Part shown: piece after piece, positions 36,493-45,912 of the stretch | Numbering within the stretch: position 1 is the stretch's first letter | Layout: each line of letters begins with the position of its first letter | NCBI GenBank assembly: GCA_023403845.1 | Contig: JAEYDL010000016.1 | Span: 5,315-69,314, forward strand | Reading direction: 5' to 3' | From: Pseudomonadota bacterium | GTDB lineage: Bacteria; Desulfobacterota; Desulfovibrionia; Desulfovibrionales; Desulfovibrionaceae | DNA: 64,000 bases | The notes under the pieces: generated by a model | Told to the model about the DNA's origin: nothing | The model's input: the letters and a program-made list of their open reading frames with translations, nothing else | The model's database searches: none | Program-made: the position numbers and the translations under genes

Positions 36493-37092
36493 ATGAAACT
36501 GTTTTTCTTCTTCGGCGACTCGATCACACTCGGAGTCAATGACCCGCAGGGCGGGGGCTGGGTCGGACGCTTCGCCATGCGCAGCACCGAAATGCAGGGA
36601 ATGCCCATTCCCCCTACCACCTTTTATAATCTGGGCGTCCGCAAGCAATCGAGCAAGGCGGTCTCTTCCCGCTGGGAAGCCGAATACATGCAACGCCGTA
36701 TTGAAAACGCTTCTCCACACCTGATCTTTTGTTTCGGAACGGTAGACATGGCCGCGCCTTCGGGAATCCCCGTCATGTCCGTGGAAGATTCCACAGTCAC
36801 GGCCCGGGATATCCTGCAACGTGCGAAGGACGAGGCCCCGGTGCTGCTCATGAGTCCCCCTCCTGTCCTCCAGACCGCACACAGGGAAAGAATAGGCGTT
36901 CTTTCAGCGGCCTACGCCGAGCTCTGCAATGCCATAAGCATTCCTCATCTGAATCTGTTCGAGCTGCTGCGTTCTTCAGACGCGTTCATGAACGACCTGT
37001 CCGACGGCGTTCACCCAGGAGCCCTCGGCAACTCGCTCATCGCCGATCTGTTACTGAATTTCCCTCCTATGCAGGAGTGGATGCAGAGCTAG
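36493..37092 (+). CDS. SGNH/GDSL-family hydrolase
   Basis: 199 aa. N-terminal FFFGDSITLG (block I, Ser nucleophile) and C-terminal DGVHP (block V). Confidence 0.75.
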   Translation: MKLFFFFGDSITLGVNDPQGGGWVGRFAMRSTEMQGMPIPPTTFYNLGVRKQSSKAVSSRWEAEYMQRRIENASPHLIFCFGTVDMAAPSGIPVMSVEDSTVTARDILQRAKDEAPVLLMSPPPVLQTAHRERIGVLSAAYAELCNAISIPHLNLFELLRSSDAFMNDLSDGVHPGALGNSLIADLLLNFPPMQEWMQS

Positions 37093-37126
37093 CCTTTCCA
37101 CCGCGATGAATGCGGAAATCATGCGG

Positions 37127-37170
37127 GGCCGTTCAAACCGTCTGGATACAGCCGGTACGAACGGCCTTGT
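37127..37170 (+). terminator. Hairpin after the SGNH hydrolase gene (probable terminator)
   Basis: GGCCGTTC...GAACGGCC forms an 8-bp outer stem (37127-37134 / 37159-37166) with an inner ACCG/CGGT helix, followed by TTGTGGTGCGTTTC. Confidence 0.5.
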
Positions 37171-37338
37171 GGTGCGTTTCTGAGCAGCTGCCAAAGCGGA
37201 TCCCCTTGGGCATTGTGTCGAAAAATAAGCCAGGCATCTTGCCGCAGGCTTGCCACCACACACAGACCGTGTTACAAATTTTATCTTTATAACACAAGAC
37301 AGGTCCGAACCTGTACCTTTCGACCCCAAGGAGTCTCC

Positions 37339-38523
37339 ATGCTCAAGCGACTGCTGCTTCTGTTCTGTCTCTCCCTCGGTCTCTGCATGCTGGCCGCATT
37401 CTCCGCTACCGCCAGAACAGTCGTGGACATGCGCGGCAAATCCATTGAGCTCCCCGACAGGCTTACCCGCATCGCCACCATTGACGATGGATTCGTCGAA
37501 GGAGTTCTCACGCATCTGGGAAAAATCCATACCGTGGACGTCATCGGCTCGTGGAGCATGAAACGGGACTACCTCTACGCCTTTGAATCAGATACAGGAG
37601 AACGTTGGGAGCATCGGGGCTGGAATACCATGAAGGTTCTTCATCCCTGGCTGGACGAAAAGCTGTGCATCAACTCGCCTCAGGGCAACGTCATCAACTT
37701 CGAAGCTCTGGCCGCCAGCAATCCGGAAGCTGTAGTCCTCCGGGTCGGCGACTGCACCGTCGGTGCGGGCAACAAGGAGGCGGTGGCCAAAACAATCGGA
37801 ACCATCGAGGCCCTCGGGTTGCCTCTCGTGGTCATCTATGCGCCAGGCTGGTACAAGTCGGCCGATCTTTCCTCCATGAAAAGGGAAGGACGCATCATCG
37901 GAGCCATGTACGGTCTGGAAGACAAGGCAGCAGCACTTATGGAAAAGCTGGCCTCTACCGAACGTCTTGTCAGGGAACGTACGGCGAATATTCCCGATTC
38001 CCAGAAGACCAGGGTCCTGTACATGGGACTTAACCCCAACATTCGCAAACAGGGGGGCGCAGGAACGGCACACGGTGTCGATACGCCCGAATCCTACATC
38101 ATCGAGAGCGTTGCCGGGGCCAAAAACGCCTTTTCCGGAAAAGGCGCGGGAGTGCCCATGAGCGCGGAACAGATCTATGCGCTTGATCCCGACGTGATCC
38201 TGTTGCCGACGTCAAACGGCTACCATCCCCCACGGGAACTGATGGAAGCCCCCTATTTCGCCAATCTCAGGGAATTGCGGGCGGTCCGGGAAAAACGCAT
38301 CTATGCCATGCCGTGGTCGCCCATGAACTGTTCCCGCCGGGTCGAATACCCGCTGGACATGCTCATTATCGCCAAGGCAGCCTATCCCGATCGCTTTGCC
38401 GATATCAACGTATATGAATTCGCTCTTGACTTCTATCAGGACGTTTACGGTGTGGATGAGGAAAAGGCGCGGGAACTGCGCTCCCACCAGCTTCTTGACT
38501 GGATGCGAGATATCCGGTTTTAA
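37339..38523 (+). CDS. ABC importer substrate-binding protein (cluster A-II / type 8, Fe-siderophore or cobalamin class)
   Basis: ORF 37213-38523, trimmed to the ATG at 37339 (SD AAGGAG). Signal peptide MLKRLLLLFCLSLGLCMLAAFSATA. It forms an operon with a FecCD-type permease. Confidence 0.75.
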   Translation: MLKRLLLLFCLSLGLCMLAAFSATARTVVDMRGKSIELPDRLTRIATIDDGFVEGVLTHLGKIHTVDVIGSWSMKRDYLYAFESDTGERWEHRGWNTMKVLHPWLDEKLCINSPQGNVINFEALAASNPEAVVLRVGDCTVGAGNKEAVAKTIGTIEALGLPLVVIYAPGWYKSADLSSMKREGRIIGAMYGLEDKAAALMEKLASTERLVRERTANIPDSQKTRVLYMGLNPNIRKQGGAGTAHGVDTPESYIIESVAGAKNAFSGKGAGVPMSAEQIYALDPDVILLPTSNGYHPPRELMEAPYFANLRELRAVREKRIYAMPWSPMNCSRRVEYPLDMLIIAKAAYPDRFADINVYEFALDFYQDVYGVDEEKARELRSHQLLDWMRDIRF

Positions 38524-38549
38524 CGTGTCGAATCGAGGATCGCGTCATC

Positions 38550-39599
38550 ATGCCTGCATTCCGCCCCCTTAGCCGATCCGGACCTCTGATGCCCCTTCTG
38601 CTGCTTGTCGGAGGATTGGCTCTCCTTTCCATCTGGGCTCTGACCATGGGAGACTACGCCATAACTGCGGAAAAGGCATGGCAAACAGTCTGGGCCAAAT
38701 TATGGCGTCTGGACGCCCAGACCATGCAAGCAGCCGGCATCAGCCGGATGGATGAGGTCATCATCTGGAATATCCGCCTGCCGCGGCTCCTGCTGACCAT
38801 TCTGGCGGGAATGGCGCTTGCCTCCTCTGGAGCGGCCTATCAGGGCTGTTTTCGCAATCCGCTCGTTGAACCCTATCTGTTGGGTGTCTCTTCAGGAGCC
38901 GCCTGGGGGGCATCCCTCGCCATCGTCTTTCCAGGTCTCTTTCCTCAGGGACAGCTGGCGGCCTTCGCCTTTGCCCTGCTGGCGGTTTTTCTCTCCTATT
39001 TCCTTGCAAGAAGAGATGGGGAAAACCCTCCGGTAACACTTATTCTGTCCGGAATTATCGTGGGAGCCATATTTTCCGCATTGGTCAGCATAATGAAATA
39101 TATGGCGGCGGATACGGAACTCAGGGAAATAACCTTCTGGATGATGGGCGGCTTCTATTATGCCACATGGCATGACGTCCTGCTCAACGCAGTCGCCGTG
39201 CTTCCGTGCGTTCTGCTTATTTCTCTGCTGGGCTGGAAGCTCAATCTGCTTTCCCTTGGCGACGAAGAAGCGCGCAGCCTCGGTCTGCACCCGGACAGAA
39301 CCCGTCTCATCTTCCTCACATTGGCTACATTCGCTGCGGCCGTCTGTGTTTCTACGGTGGGAATCGTGGCCTGGGTCGGACTCATGATGCCCCACGCCGC
39401 CCGCATGCTGCTAGGACCGGATAATCGCTACGCTGTTCCTGGAGCTGCGCTGCTCGGGGCCATGTACATGCTGCTCTGCGACACTCTCGCCAGAACCCTT
39501 ACGGGGGCTGAAATCCCCGTCGCCATCATTACCTCCATCCTCGGCGCGCCCTATCTGCTCTGGCTTCTGCGCAGCAAAGGCAGGGAACTTTATGCATGA
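38550..39599 (+). CDS. FecCD/BtuC-family ABC permease
   Basis: 349 aa, polytopic. The C-terminus AIITSILGAPYLLWLLR is typical of the FecCD family. Confidence 0.85.
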   Translation: MPAFRPLSRSGPLMPLLLLVGGLALLSIWALTMGDYAITAEKAWQTVWAKLWRLDAQTMQAAGISRMDEVIIWNIRLPRLLLTILAGMALASSGAAYQGCFRNPLVEPYLLGVSSGAAWGASLAIVFPGLFPQGQLAAFAFALLAVFLSYFLARRDGENPPVTLILSGIIVGAIFSALVSIMKYMAADTELREITFWMMGGFYYATWHDVLLNAVAVLPCVLLISLLGWKLNLLSLGDEEARSLGLHPDRTRLIFLTLATFAAAVCVSTVGIVAWVGLMMPHAARMLLGPDNRYAVPGAALLGAMYMLLCDTLARTLTGAEIPVAIITSILGAPYLLWLLRSKGRELYA

Positions 39600-40383
39600 G
39601 ACAGGTAACAGTCCGGCGCTGGAAGTCCGCAACCTTTCCTGCCGCTACGGCAATCATGAAATTCTGAGAGAAATATCCCTTCAGGTAAGGCCCGGCACGA
39701 TATGCGGCCTGTTCGGCCCCAACGGTTCAGGGAAAACGACGCTGTTCCGCTGCTGTCTGAACTTTCTTTCCCCCTCTTCAGGCCAAATCTTTATGAGCGG
39801 GCAGTCAACGACGCGGATGGCCCCTCCCCTTCTGTCCAGACTTGCCTCATATGTACCGCAGGAGCATCGAACGGCCTTTCCCTTTCCCGTTCGGGACATC
39901 GTTCGCATGGGGCGCAGCCCCCGCATGTCCGGGTTGTTCAGACTCAACAGCAGGGATGATGAGGCCGTTGAAGATGCCCTGAAAAAAACCGGGGTACTGC
40001 ATCTGGCTGACCGACCCTGCAACAGACTGAGCGGCGGCCAGCGCCAGCTTGTCCTCATTGCCCGGGCTCTCGCCCAAAATGCACCACTGATGCTGCTGGA
40101 TGAACCTACCTCCGCTCTGGATTTCCAGAATCAGCTTGAAGTATGGAAAATATTGCGCGATATCGCAAGACAGGGCTATGCCGTGCTGGTCTGCTGTCAC
40201 GACCCCAACCATATTCTGTGGTTCTGCGACCAGGTTGTCATGCTGAAGGAGGGACAGATCATCCGCAGTGGAACGCCCGGCGAAGTCATGACCACGGAAG
40301 CCTTGAAAAGACTCTACGGCGACGCCTGCGCTCGCGGGGAACTTGCAACAGGGCTGCTGCCAGTGGTCTATCCTGTGTTTTGA
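39592..40383 (+). CDS. ABC importer ATPase (FecE/BtuD-like)
   Basis: 263 aa. Walker A GPNGSGKTT, signature LSGGQRQLV, Walker B LMLLDEPT. Confidence 0.85.
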   Translation: MHETGNSPALEVRNLSCRYGNHEILREISLQVRPGTICGLFGPNGSGKTTLFRCCLNFLSPSSGQIFMSGQSTTRMAPPLLSRLASYVPQEHRTAFPFPVRDIVRMGRSPRMSGLFRLNSRDDEAVEDALKKTGVLHLADRPCNRLSGGQRQLVLIARALAQNAPLMLLDEPTSALDFQNQLEVWKILRDIARQGYAVLVCCHDPNHILWFCDQVVMLKEGQIIRSGTPGEVMTTEALKRLYGDACARGELATGLLPVVYPVF

Positions 40384-40407
40384 ACCACATATCGGGAGAC
40401 ATACATC

Positions 40408-41010
40408 ATGATTACTCAAGAACAAAAAGCCGATGCCATCCGTTTCCACGGACACTTCTGCCCGGGGCTTGCCATCGGACTCCGCGCCGCGGACTGGGCC
40501 TTGAACACGCTCGGACACGCCGGAGATGAAGATATTGTCGTCGTTACCGAAACGGACATGTGCGGCGTGGACGCCATTCAGGCTCTTGTGGGATGCACTT
40601 TCGGCAAAGGCAATCTTGTCTACCGGGACTACGGGAAAACGGCATTCAGTTTTTATTGCCGCAACAGTGGCCGATCGGCCAGACTGGTGCTCAACCCATT
40701 CTTTTCTTCCGACGCGGCAGGGGAAGAACGCCACAGGCTGCAAAAAAAAGCCGCCGAAGGTCAACTGAGTCGGGAAGAGGCACAGCTCCTCGACGACCTG
40801 CGGGAACAGCAAGCGGAACGGGTGCTCTCCGCGCAGCTGGAACAGCTGTTCATCATCGGTACGGTGCGTGAGCCTCTGCCCCGGCGAGCCCGTATTCTGG
40901 GAACGATCCTGTGCGAGAAATGCGGTGAAGGCGTCATGGAAAGCCGAATTCGTCGCCTCGGCGGAAAAAACCTGTGCCTTCCCTGCTTCAATGCGGAAGA
41001 ACAAAGCTGA
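40408..41010 (+). CDS. FmdE-domain protein with a C-terminal zinc ribbon
   Basis: 200 aa. FHGHFCPGLAIGLRA and TDMCGVDAIQ are FmdE-family blocks. The C-terminus has CEKCGE...CLPC. Confidence 0.75.
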   Translation: MITQEQKADAIRFHGHFCPGLAIGLRAADWALNTLGHAGDEDIVVVTETDMCGVDAIQALVGCTFGKGNLVYRDYGKTAFSFYCRNSGRSARLVLNPFFSSDAAGEERHRLQKKAAEGQLSREEAQLLDDLREQQAERVLSAQLEQLFIIGTVREPLPRRARILGTILCEKCGEGVMESRIRRLGGKNLCLPCFNAEEQS

Positions 41011-41133
41011 AGTCGCGTCCGTACATTCCCCGAGGTCTTTCCGGTCGACCTTTCTCCGGGCAGCTCCAGCGCATGAGCGGGCGGAAACGGATCAGACGGA
41101 TCATGCCGGCGCGGCAAGAGACACGATGACAAA

Positions 41134-41166
41134 GAAACGCCGGAACGACCTGTCCCGGCGTTTCTA
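41134..41166. terminator. Hairpin between convergent genes (bidirectional terminator candidate)
   Basis: AGAAACGCCGG (41134-41144) and CCGGCGTTTCT (41156-41166) form a perfect 11-bp stem. Confidence 0.55.
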
Positions 41167-41325
41167 TCCCTGTGCGAATCCGTATTTATCCGACTCATGC
41201 CGCACATGAAAACCATTCCGGCCCCATGTGTTTCGAATCTCTTCCGCCTCTCGGCAATATTGCGCGGCAAGTTTTGCATTCATAGAGAGGAGGAAGAGGC
41301 GCCGCCCCTTTCTCCTGCATCCATA

Positions 41326-41631
41326 CTAATCTTCGTCGAATTCTTCGCCGTTCAGTTCGGCACGGAACTTCCGGGAAAGACGAAACACGACGACTCTCCG
41401 CGGAGGCAGCGTGATGGCTTCATCGGTCTGCGGATTGCGTCCCTTGCGGGCATCCTTATCATATGCCTCGAATTTGCCGAATCCGCTGATTAACAGCGCG
41501 TTATCCTCTTTTATGGCTTTTTTCATGAGTCCGAGCAGAATTTCGACCGTATTCTTGACGTCGGCACGATTCCTGTCGGTTTTTTCATAAATGGCTTCAA
41601 CGATGTCTGCCTTCGTGAGAGCCCTGTTCAT
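41326..41631 (-). CDS. HU/IHF-family DNA-binding protein (IHF alpha-like)
   Basis: 101 aa: LTKADIVEAIYEKT...GFGKFEAYDKDARKGRNPQTDEAITLPPRRVVVFRLSRKF, with an acidic tail. Confidence 0.85.
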   Translation of the reverse strand: MNRALTKADIVEAIYEKTDRNRADVKNTVEILLGLMKKAIKEDNALLISGFGKFEAYDKDARKGRNPQTDEAITLPPRRVVVFRLSRKFRAELNGEEFDED

Positions 41632-41980
41632 CTCGTTCCTCCCTGCTCTTCCCAGCGTTTGCTAAAGGCCGAATGCGCTGTTTCCCAGAACACCGCTGCC
41701 GTTTTTCCAACGGAATTCGCGCATCTTGCTTCCTTTTTCACACCATAAAGCAGACCGGCAATCCCCCTGCCGATCAGCTCCTCCTAGAACATGCGGGCCA
41801 TCGACCTGCAATCTCTGACAAATGTCCGTCTCGCGAAAAGCATGCCTTCCACGGGCCATCCCATTCTCCAGCGCACCCCCGCTTTCCCTTGATTCTCCGA
41901 GCCAATCCATCTTCGGTTCAAGGCACTTACAGAATAACGCCCTTTTACGGCAACGGCAAGTTTCTTTTTTCACGGCACGG

Positions 41981-42409
41981 TTACAGTGAAGCCCTGATCT
42001 TTTCCGCAAGACTGGTCATCTCCTGTCCGTCAGCGTAGCCCTTTGGATTCCAGGGCAAAAGCCCGTCCCCGGCAAAGCGCGGAATCAGGTGCCAGTGCAC
42101 GTGGGGTACAGCCTGTCCGGCATCCGCATAATTATTCTGCAACACATTCAGCCCAGTAGCACCTGTAGCCTCCATAATGGCGCGTCCCACCCTGCGCATG
42201 ACACCGACCAGCTCCTCGCCACAGCCGGATTCCAGATCAAAAACCGTTTCCATGTGCCGCTTCGGGATAATCAGAGCATGCCCCTTGTTTACCGGATTGA
42301 TATCAAGAAACACAAGAAAGGCATCGGACTCAAACAGAACCGTAGACGGAATCTGTCCCTGCAGGATCTTGCAGAAGATACAATTTTCATCGTAATAAGC
42401 CGTGGACAT
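41981..42409 (-). CDS. HIT-family nucleotide hydrolase/transferase
   Basis: ORF 41981-42472, trimmed to MSTAYYDENCIFCKI (ATG at 42409). Histidine triad HVHWHLIPR. Confidence 0.85.
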   Translation of the reverse strand: MSTAYYDENCIFCKILQGQIPSTVLFESDAFLVFLDINPVNKGHALIIPKRHMETVFDLESGCGEELVGVMRRVGRAIMEATGATGLNVLQNNYADAGQAVPHVHWHLIPRFAGDGLLPWNPKGYADGQEMTSLAEKIRASL

Positions 42410-43655
42410 GAAGATACTCCCTTCCGCCGAAAACTTTTCAGAACCCCATTGCCACGCCCCCCGTACGGACACGCGGCATTACTCCACTGCGGCACAATCG
42501 CTTTCCGCCCGGTCCTGGCACGGAGAAGGCATTCCAATCGGCAATCCACCGGAAACACCATTCGCTTCGAAGCAGGAAGGACGAAAGCGAACGCCCATCA
42601 TTCCCCTGTTCATCCCTTTTGCAGGTTGCCCGTATCGTTGCATCTATTGTGCGCAAGACAAACAGACGGGATTGACGACGCCGCAATCTCCTATAGCACT
42701 CCTTGAATCCCTTGCCAAGATTCTTGATGGGAAAAATGGCGAGAACACAGGAGAAAATGATGGATTACCGCCTCATTTCGAGTTCGCTTTCTATGGAGGA
42801 ACCTTCACGGCCCTCCCTGAATCAATCCAGTTGCGCTGTCTTGAAATGCTGGCCCCCTACAAGGCATGCGGCAGACTTTCCCGCATTCGCTGCTCTACCC
42901 GCCCGGATACGCTTGATCCGGCGCATCTGCTTCGTCTGAGAAAAGCAGGACTCGACCTTGTGGAGCTGGGCATCCAGAGTTTCAACGATACGGCATTGCG
43001 CGTCTCTTCGCGCGGCTATGACGGGAATACGGCACTGTCCGGTTGCCGCATGATTCAGGACTCGGGACTTGCGCTGGGCATTCAGCTGCTTCCAGGCATG
43101 CCCGGCGTGACTCCAGACATCTTTCTTGAAGACGCCTGCCGTTCCCTGGAACTGAGTCCGGCCTGTCTGCGCTGGTATCCATGCCTTGTGGTCGAGGAAA
43201 CGCCTCTTGCCCTTCTCTGGAGGAAAAAACTGTATCACCCATGGGACACCGGCACGACAGTGGCCACACTGGGTAAGGCGCTGGCACTGGCATGGACCCG
43301 AAGGGTACCTGTCATCCGGCTGAGCCTCGCCCCGGAAAACGAACTGGATGCAGCCGTTCTCGCAGGACCGCGCCACCCAGCTCTCGGCAACCTCATTCAG
43401 GGGGAAGCGCTCTACCTGACCCTCCTTGATCGGCTGAAGGACCTTCCCCTCCCCGTTGAAGCGGACCTCCCCAGTTTCTGCCAGGGCTTTTTCTACGGCG
43501 ATGGAGGCGCACTTCGACCGCGCTGGGAAAGCTTGGGACTGACGCCCGGACGCATACGCTGGATACCGGGGCACGAAGCCTTTGTCCGGTCTGTCACGCC
43601 TCGGTCGCCCGGGAAGAAAGAACAAGCGAATCCAATATCTAACATACGGTTATGA
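42402..43655 (+). CDS. Radical SAM protein (ELP3-like core); start uncertain
   Basis: CX3CX2C motif in IPLFIPFAGCPYRCIYCAQ. The only ATG/GTG/TTG starts upstream of the motif (42402/42408) give a roughly 70-aa extension and overlap the 5' end of the divergent HIT gene. Confidence 0.7.
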   Translation: MDMKILPSAENFSEPHCHAPRTDTRHYSTAAQSLSARSWHGEGIPIGNPPETPFASKQEGRKRTPIIPLFIPFAGCPYRCIYCAQDKQTGLTTPQSPIALLESLAKILDGKNGENTGENDGLPPHFEFAFYGGTFTALPESIQLRCLEMLAPYKACGRLSRIRCSTRPDTLDPAHLLRLRKAGLDLVELGIQSFNDTALRVSSRGYDGNTALSGCRMIQDSGLALGIQLLPGMPGVTPDIFLEDACRSLELSPACLRWYPCLVVEETPLALLWRKKLYHPWDTGTTVATLGKALALAWTRRVPVIRLSLAPENELDAAVLAGPRHPALGNLIQGEALYLTLLDRLKDLPLPVEADLPSFCQGFFYGDGGALRPRWESLGLTPGRIRWIPGHEAFVRSVTPRSPGKKEQANPISNIRL

Positions 43656-43793
43656 CATATTTATTTTAACCCCTTGCCATGTTCGGCAACTTTGCTACTA
43701 TTCATTTCTTATGACAACTTTTTCGTCGGGCCGTTCCGAACGGAACGTTCCGAAGCGGTGAATTTCGCCCTTACTTCTTACTCTGGAATACAC

Positions 43794-45401
43794 ATGACCG
43801 ATCAATCTCCAGCCGCGGCCGTCAGCACGGCTGCCGAACAGCCCAAGACCAAACCGCAGGCCTCCGATCCCCTTTCCGATATCATCTCCGTAGAAGAGCC
43901 TGAAAACGCGCTTCCTTCCGTCAAACTCGAAAATCTTCCTCAACCGCTGCAGGACGGCTGCGCCAGAGTCGGCTGGACCAGCCTTATGCCGGTTCAGGAA
44001 CGGGCGCTTCCCTACCTTCTGGAAGGCCGTGACATCATGGTTCAGTCCCGTACCGGCAGCGGAAAGACCGGAACCTACCTGTTGCCGTTGCTGGCCCGAC
44101 TCAACCCGGCTCTTCCTGCAGTGCAGGCCCTGATCCTCGTACCCACGCGGGAACTGGCCGTGCAGGTGGAACAGGAGGCACGCGCTCTCTTTAAAAGCAG
44201 CGGCCTTACCGTGGCCGCCGTCTATGGCGGCGTCGGCTATGGAAAGCAGATGGAAGCGCTGCGGCAGGGAGTTTCCGTAGTCGTCGGCACTCCCGGACGT
44301 GTGCTGGATCACCTGCTGCGCCGTACCCTGCATCTTGACCGGCTCGCCTCTCTCGTCTTCGACGAGGCGGACCGCATGCTCTCCATCGGCTTCTATCCCG
44401 ACATGAAGGAAATCCAGCGCTATCTTCCGGATGCGCCGATCCACGCCACGCTCTTTTCCGCAACCTATCCTCCGCATGTGCTCAGGCTGGCTGGCGAGTT
44501 CCTCAATTCTCCCCAGCTGCTGTCCCTGTCCACCAGGCAGATTCATGTCGCGGAGGTCCAGCACATGTATTGCGAATGCAAAAGCATGGACAAGGACCGC
44601 ACCTTGCTGCGCATTCTCGAAGTGGAAAACCCCACTTCCGGCATCATCTTCTGCAACACCAAGGCGACCGTCCACTATGTGACCGCCGTGCTTCAGGGAT
44701 TCGGCTTCAACGCGGACGAACTTTCCGCGGATCTCTCCCAGAGCAAACGCGAAGATGTGCTTTCCCGTCTCCGCAATGGAGCAGTCCGTTTTCTCGTCGC
44801 CACGGATGTGGCTGCCCGCGGCATCGATATTCCTGAACTGTCCCATGTTTTCCTGTATGAACCGCCGGATGATCGGGAATCCTACATCCATCGGGCCGGC
44901 CGCACGGGTCGCGCGGGAGCGGCAGGCGTCGTCATCTCTCTGGTAGACATCATGGAAAAAATGGAACTGCAGCGGATCGCGGCCTACTTCAAGGTGCCTC
45001 TTATTCCGCACCCAGCCCCGACGGATGAAGAAGTCGCCAAGGCCGTGGGAGTGCGCGTTACCGCTCTGCTTGAGGCGCGCTTCCGTCAGCTCACAGGACT
45101 GGAGGCGGAGAGGCTGAAACGTTTCGATGCTCTGGTAAAAGAACTTGCCTCCGATCCGGATCAGCTTCACTTGCTGACGTTGCTCGTGGACGATTGCTAT
45201 CAGCAGAATTTGAATCCTTCACGCTTCATTCCCGCCGGATCGGCCCGTCGATCCGAAAGTCAGGGAAAGTCCTCCCGCTCTTCCAGAGGCAGCAAACGCG
45301 CACCGAAGGAAGAACGCCACGAGGAGGCTCCCAAGGAAAACAGGAATCGCAGAGGCGGCAGAAACCGCAGACGCTCTTCCGGTGGAAAACATGCCGAATG
45401 A
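43794..45401 (+). CDS. DEAD-box ATP-dependent RNA helicase with a basic C-terminal tail
   Basis: ORF 43674-45401 (TTG start), trimmed to the ATG at 43794. Motifs: SRTGSGKT, PTRELA, DEAD (FDEADRM), SAT, HRAGRTGRAG. Confidence 0.9.
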   Translation: MTDQSPAAAVSTAAEQPKTKPQASDPLSDIISVEEPENALPSVKLENLPQPLQDGCARVGWTSLMPVQERALPYLLEGRDIMVQSRTGSGKTGTYLLPLLARLNPALPAVQALILVPTRELAVQVEQEARALFKSSGLTVAAVYGGVGYGKQMEALRQGVSVVVGTPGRVLDHLLRRTLHLDRLASLVFDEADRMLSIGFYPDMKEIQRYLPDAPIHATLFSATYPPHVLRLAGEFLNSPQLLSLSTRQIHVAEVQHMYCECKSMDKDRTLLRILEVENPTSGIIFCNTKATVHYVTAVLQGFGFNADELSADLSQSKREDVLSRLRNGAVRFLVATDVAARGIDIPELSHVFLYEPPDDRESYIHRAGRTGRAGAAGVVISLVDIMEKMELQRIAAYFKVPLIPHPAPTDEEVAKAVGVRVTALLEARFRQLTGLEAERLKRFDALVKELASDPDQLHLLTLLVDDCYQQNLNPSRFIPAGSARRSESQGKSSRSSRGSKRAPKEERHEEAPKENRNRRGGRNRRRSSGGKHAE

Positions 45402-45891
45402 TTCCGGCTGCCCGTCCGGGATATCCGGGCATTCTCCCTATACAATCGAAGAAGTTCTGGATAATTTTGTCGTTCTCCTGGAAGGAGAAACATTTGAACA
45501 GGAACTTCGGGCTCTAGGCATAGGGAGAATGCGCTTTCTGTATCGAGGACGGGCTATTGCGTCATTACGCGCTCTGCATGTCGCCCTGTGGAGACTGGCT
45601 CTTCTGCGCTCATTCCCGAAAGAAGGCGAGCACATCTGTTCCCTGTTTCTCGAGTCCTTGCGCAATCGGGCAAAAACAGACCGTGAACGTACCCGTTTCG
45701 AGGCATTTGAGCAGGAAGTTCTATCTTACAGAGAACTGCTGAAAGAGCGCGGCGCTGACGATTTCACCGCCGTCGCCGCGCATCTGGTTTCCCGCTTCAG
45801 ACCGGGAGCGTCCGACAGCGCGGCGATTCGCCTCAGGCTCATTCTGCTTATCCGCAATGCCTATACCGTCATTTTCGATCGTCTTATCTGA
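45391..45891 (+). CDS. Hypothetical protein
   Basis: ORF 45382-45891 overlaps the helicase stop. No family recognised. The sequence looks helical and Arg/Leu-rich. Confidence 0.45.
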   Translation: MPNDSGCPSGISGHSPYTIEEVLDNFVVLLEGETFEQELRALGIGRMRFLYRGRAIASLRALHVALWRLALLRSFPKEGEHICSLFLESLRNRAKTDRERTRFEAFEQEVLSYRELLKERGADDFTAVAAHLVSRFRPGASDSAAIRLRLILLIRNAYTVIFDRLI

Positions 45892-45912
45892 CCCCCACAC
45901 GCCGGAGCAGCC

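Noticed and set aside
37228-37243. Cobalamin riboswitch upstream of the ABC importer
   Set aside because: AGCCAGGCATCTTGCC matches a remembered B12-box consensus (AGYCMGGAGACCKGCC) at only 12 of 16 positions. I could not find the GGGAA/GGTG core or GCCACTG elements. It is not called without a covariance-model search.
43698-45170. 490-aa minus-strand ORF
   Set aside because: It is antisense to the DEAD-box helicase, which carries all the canonical helicase motifs.
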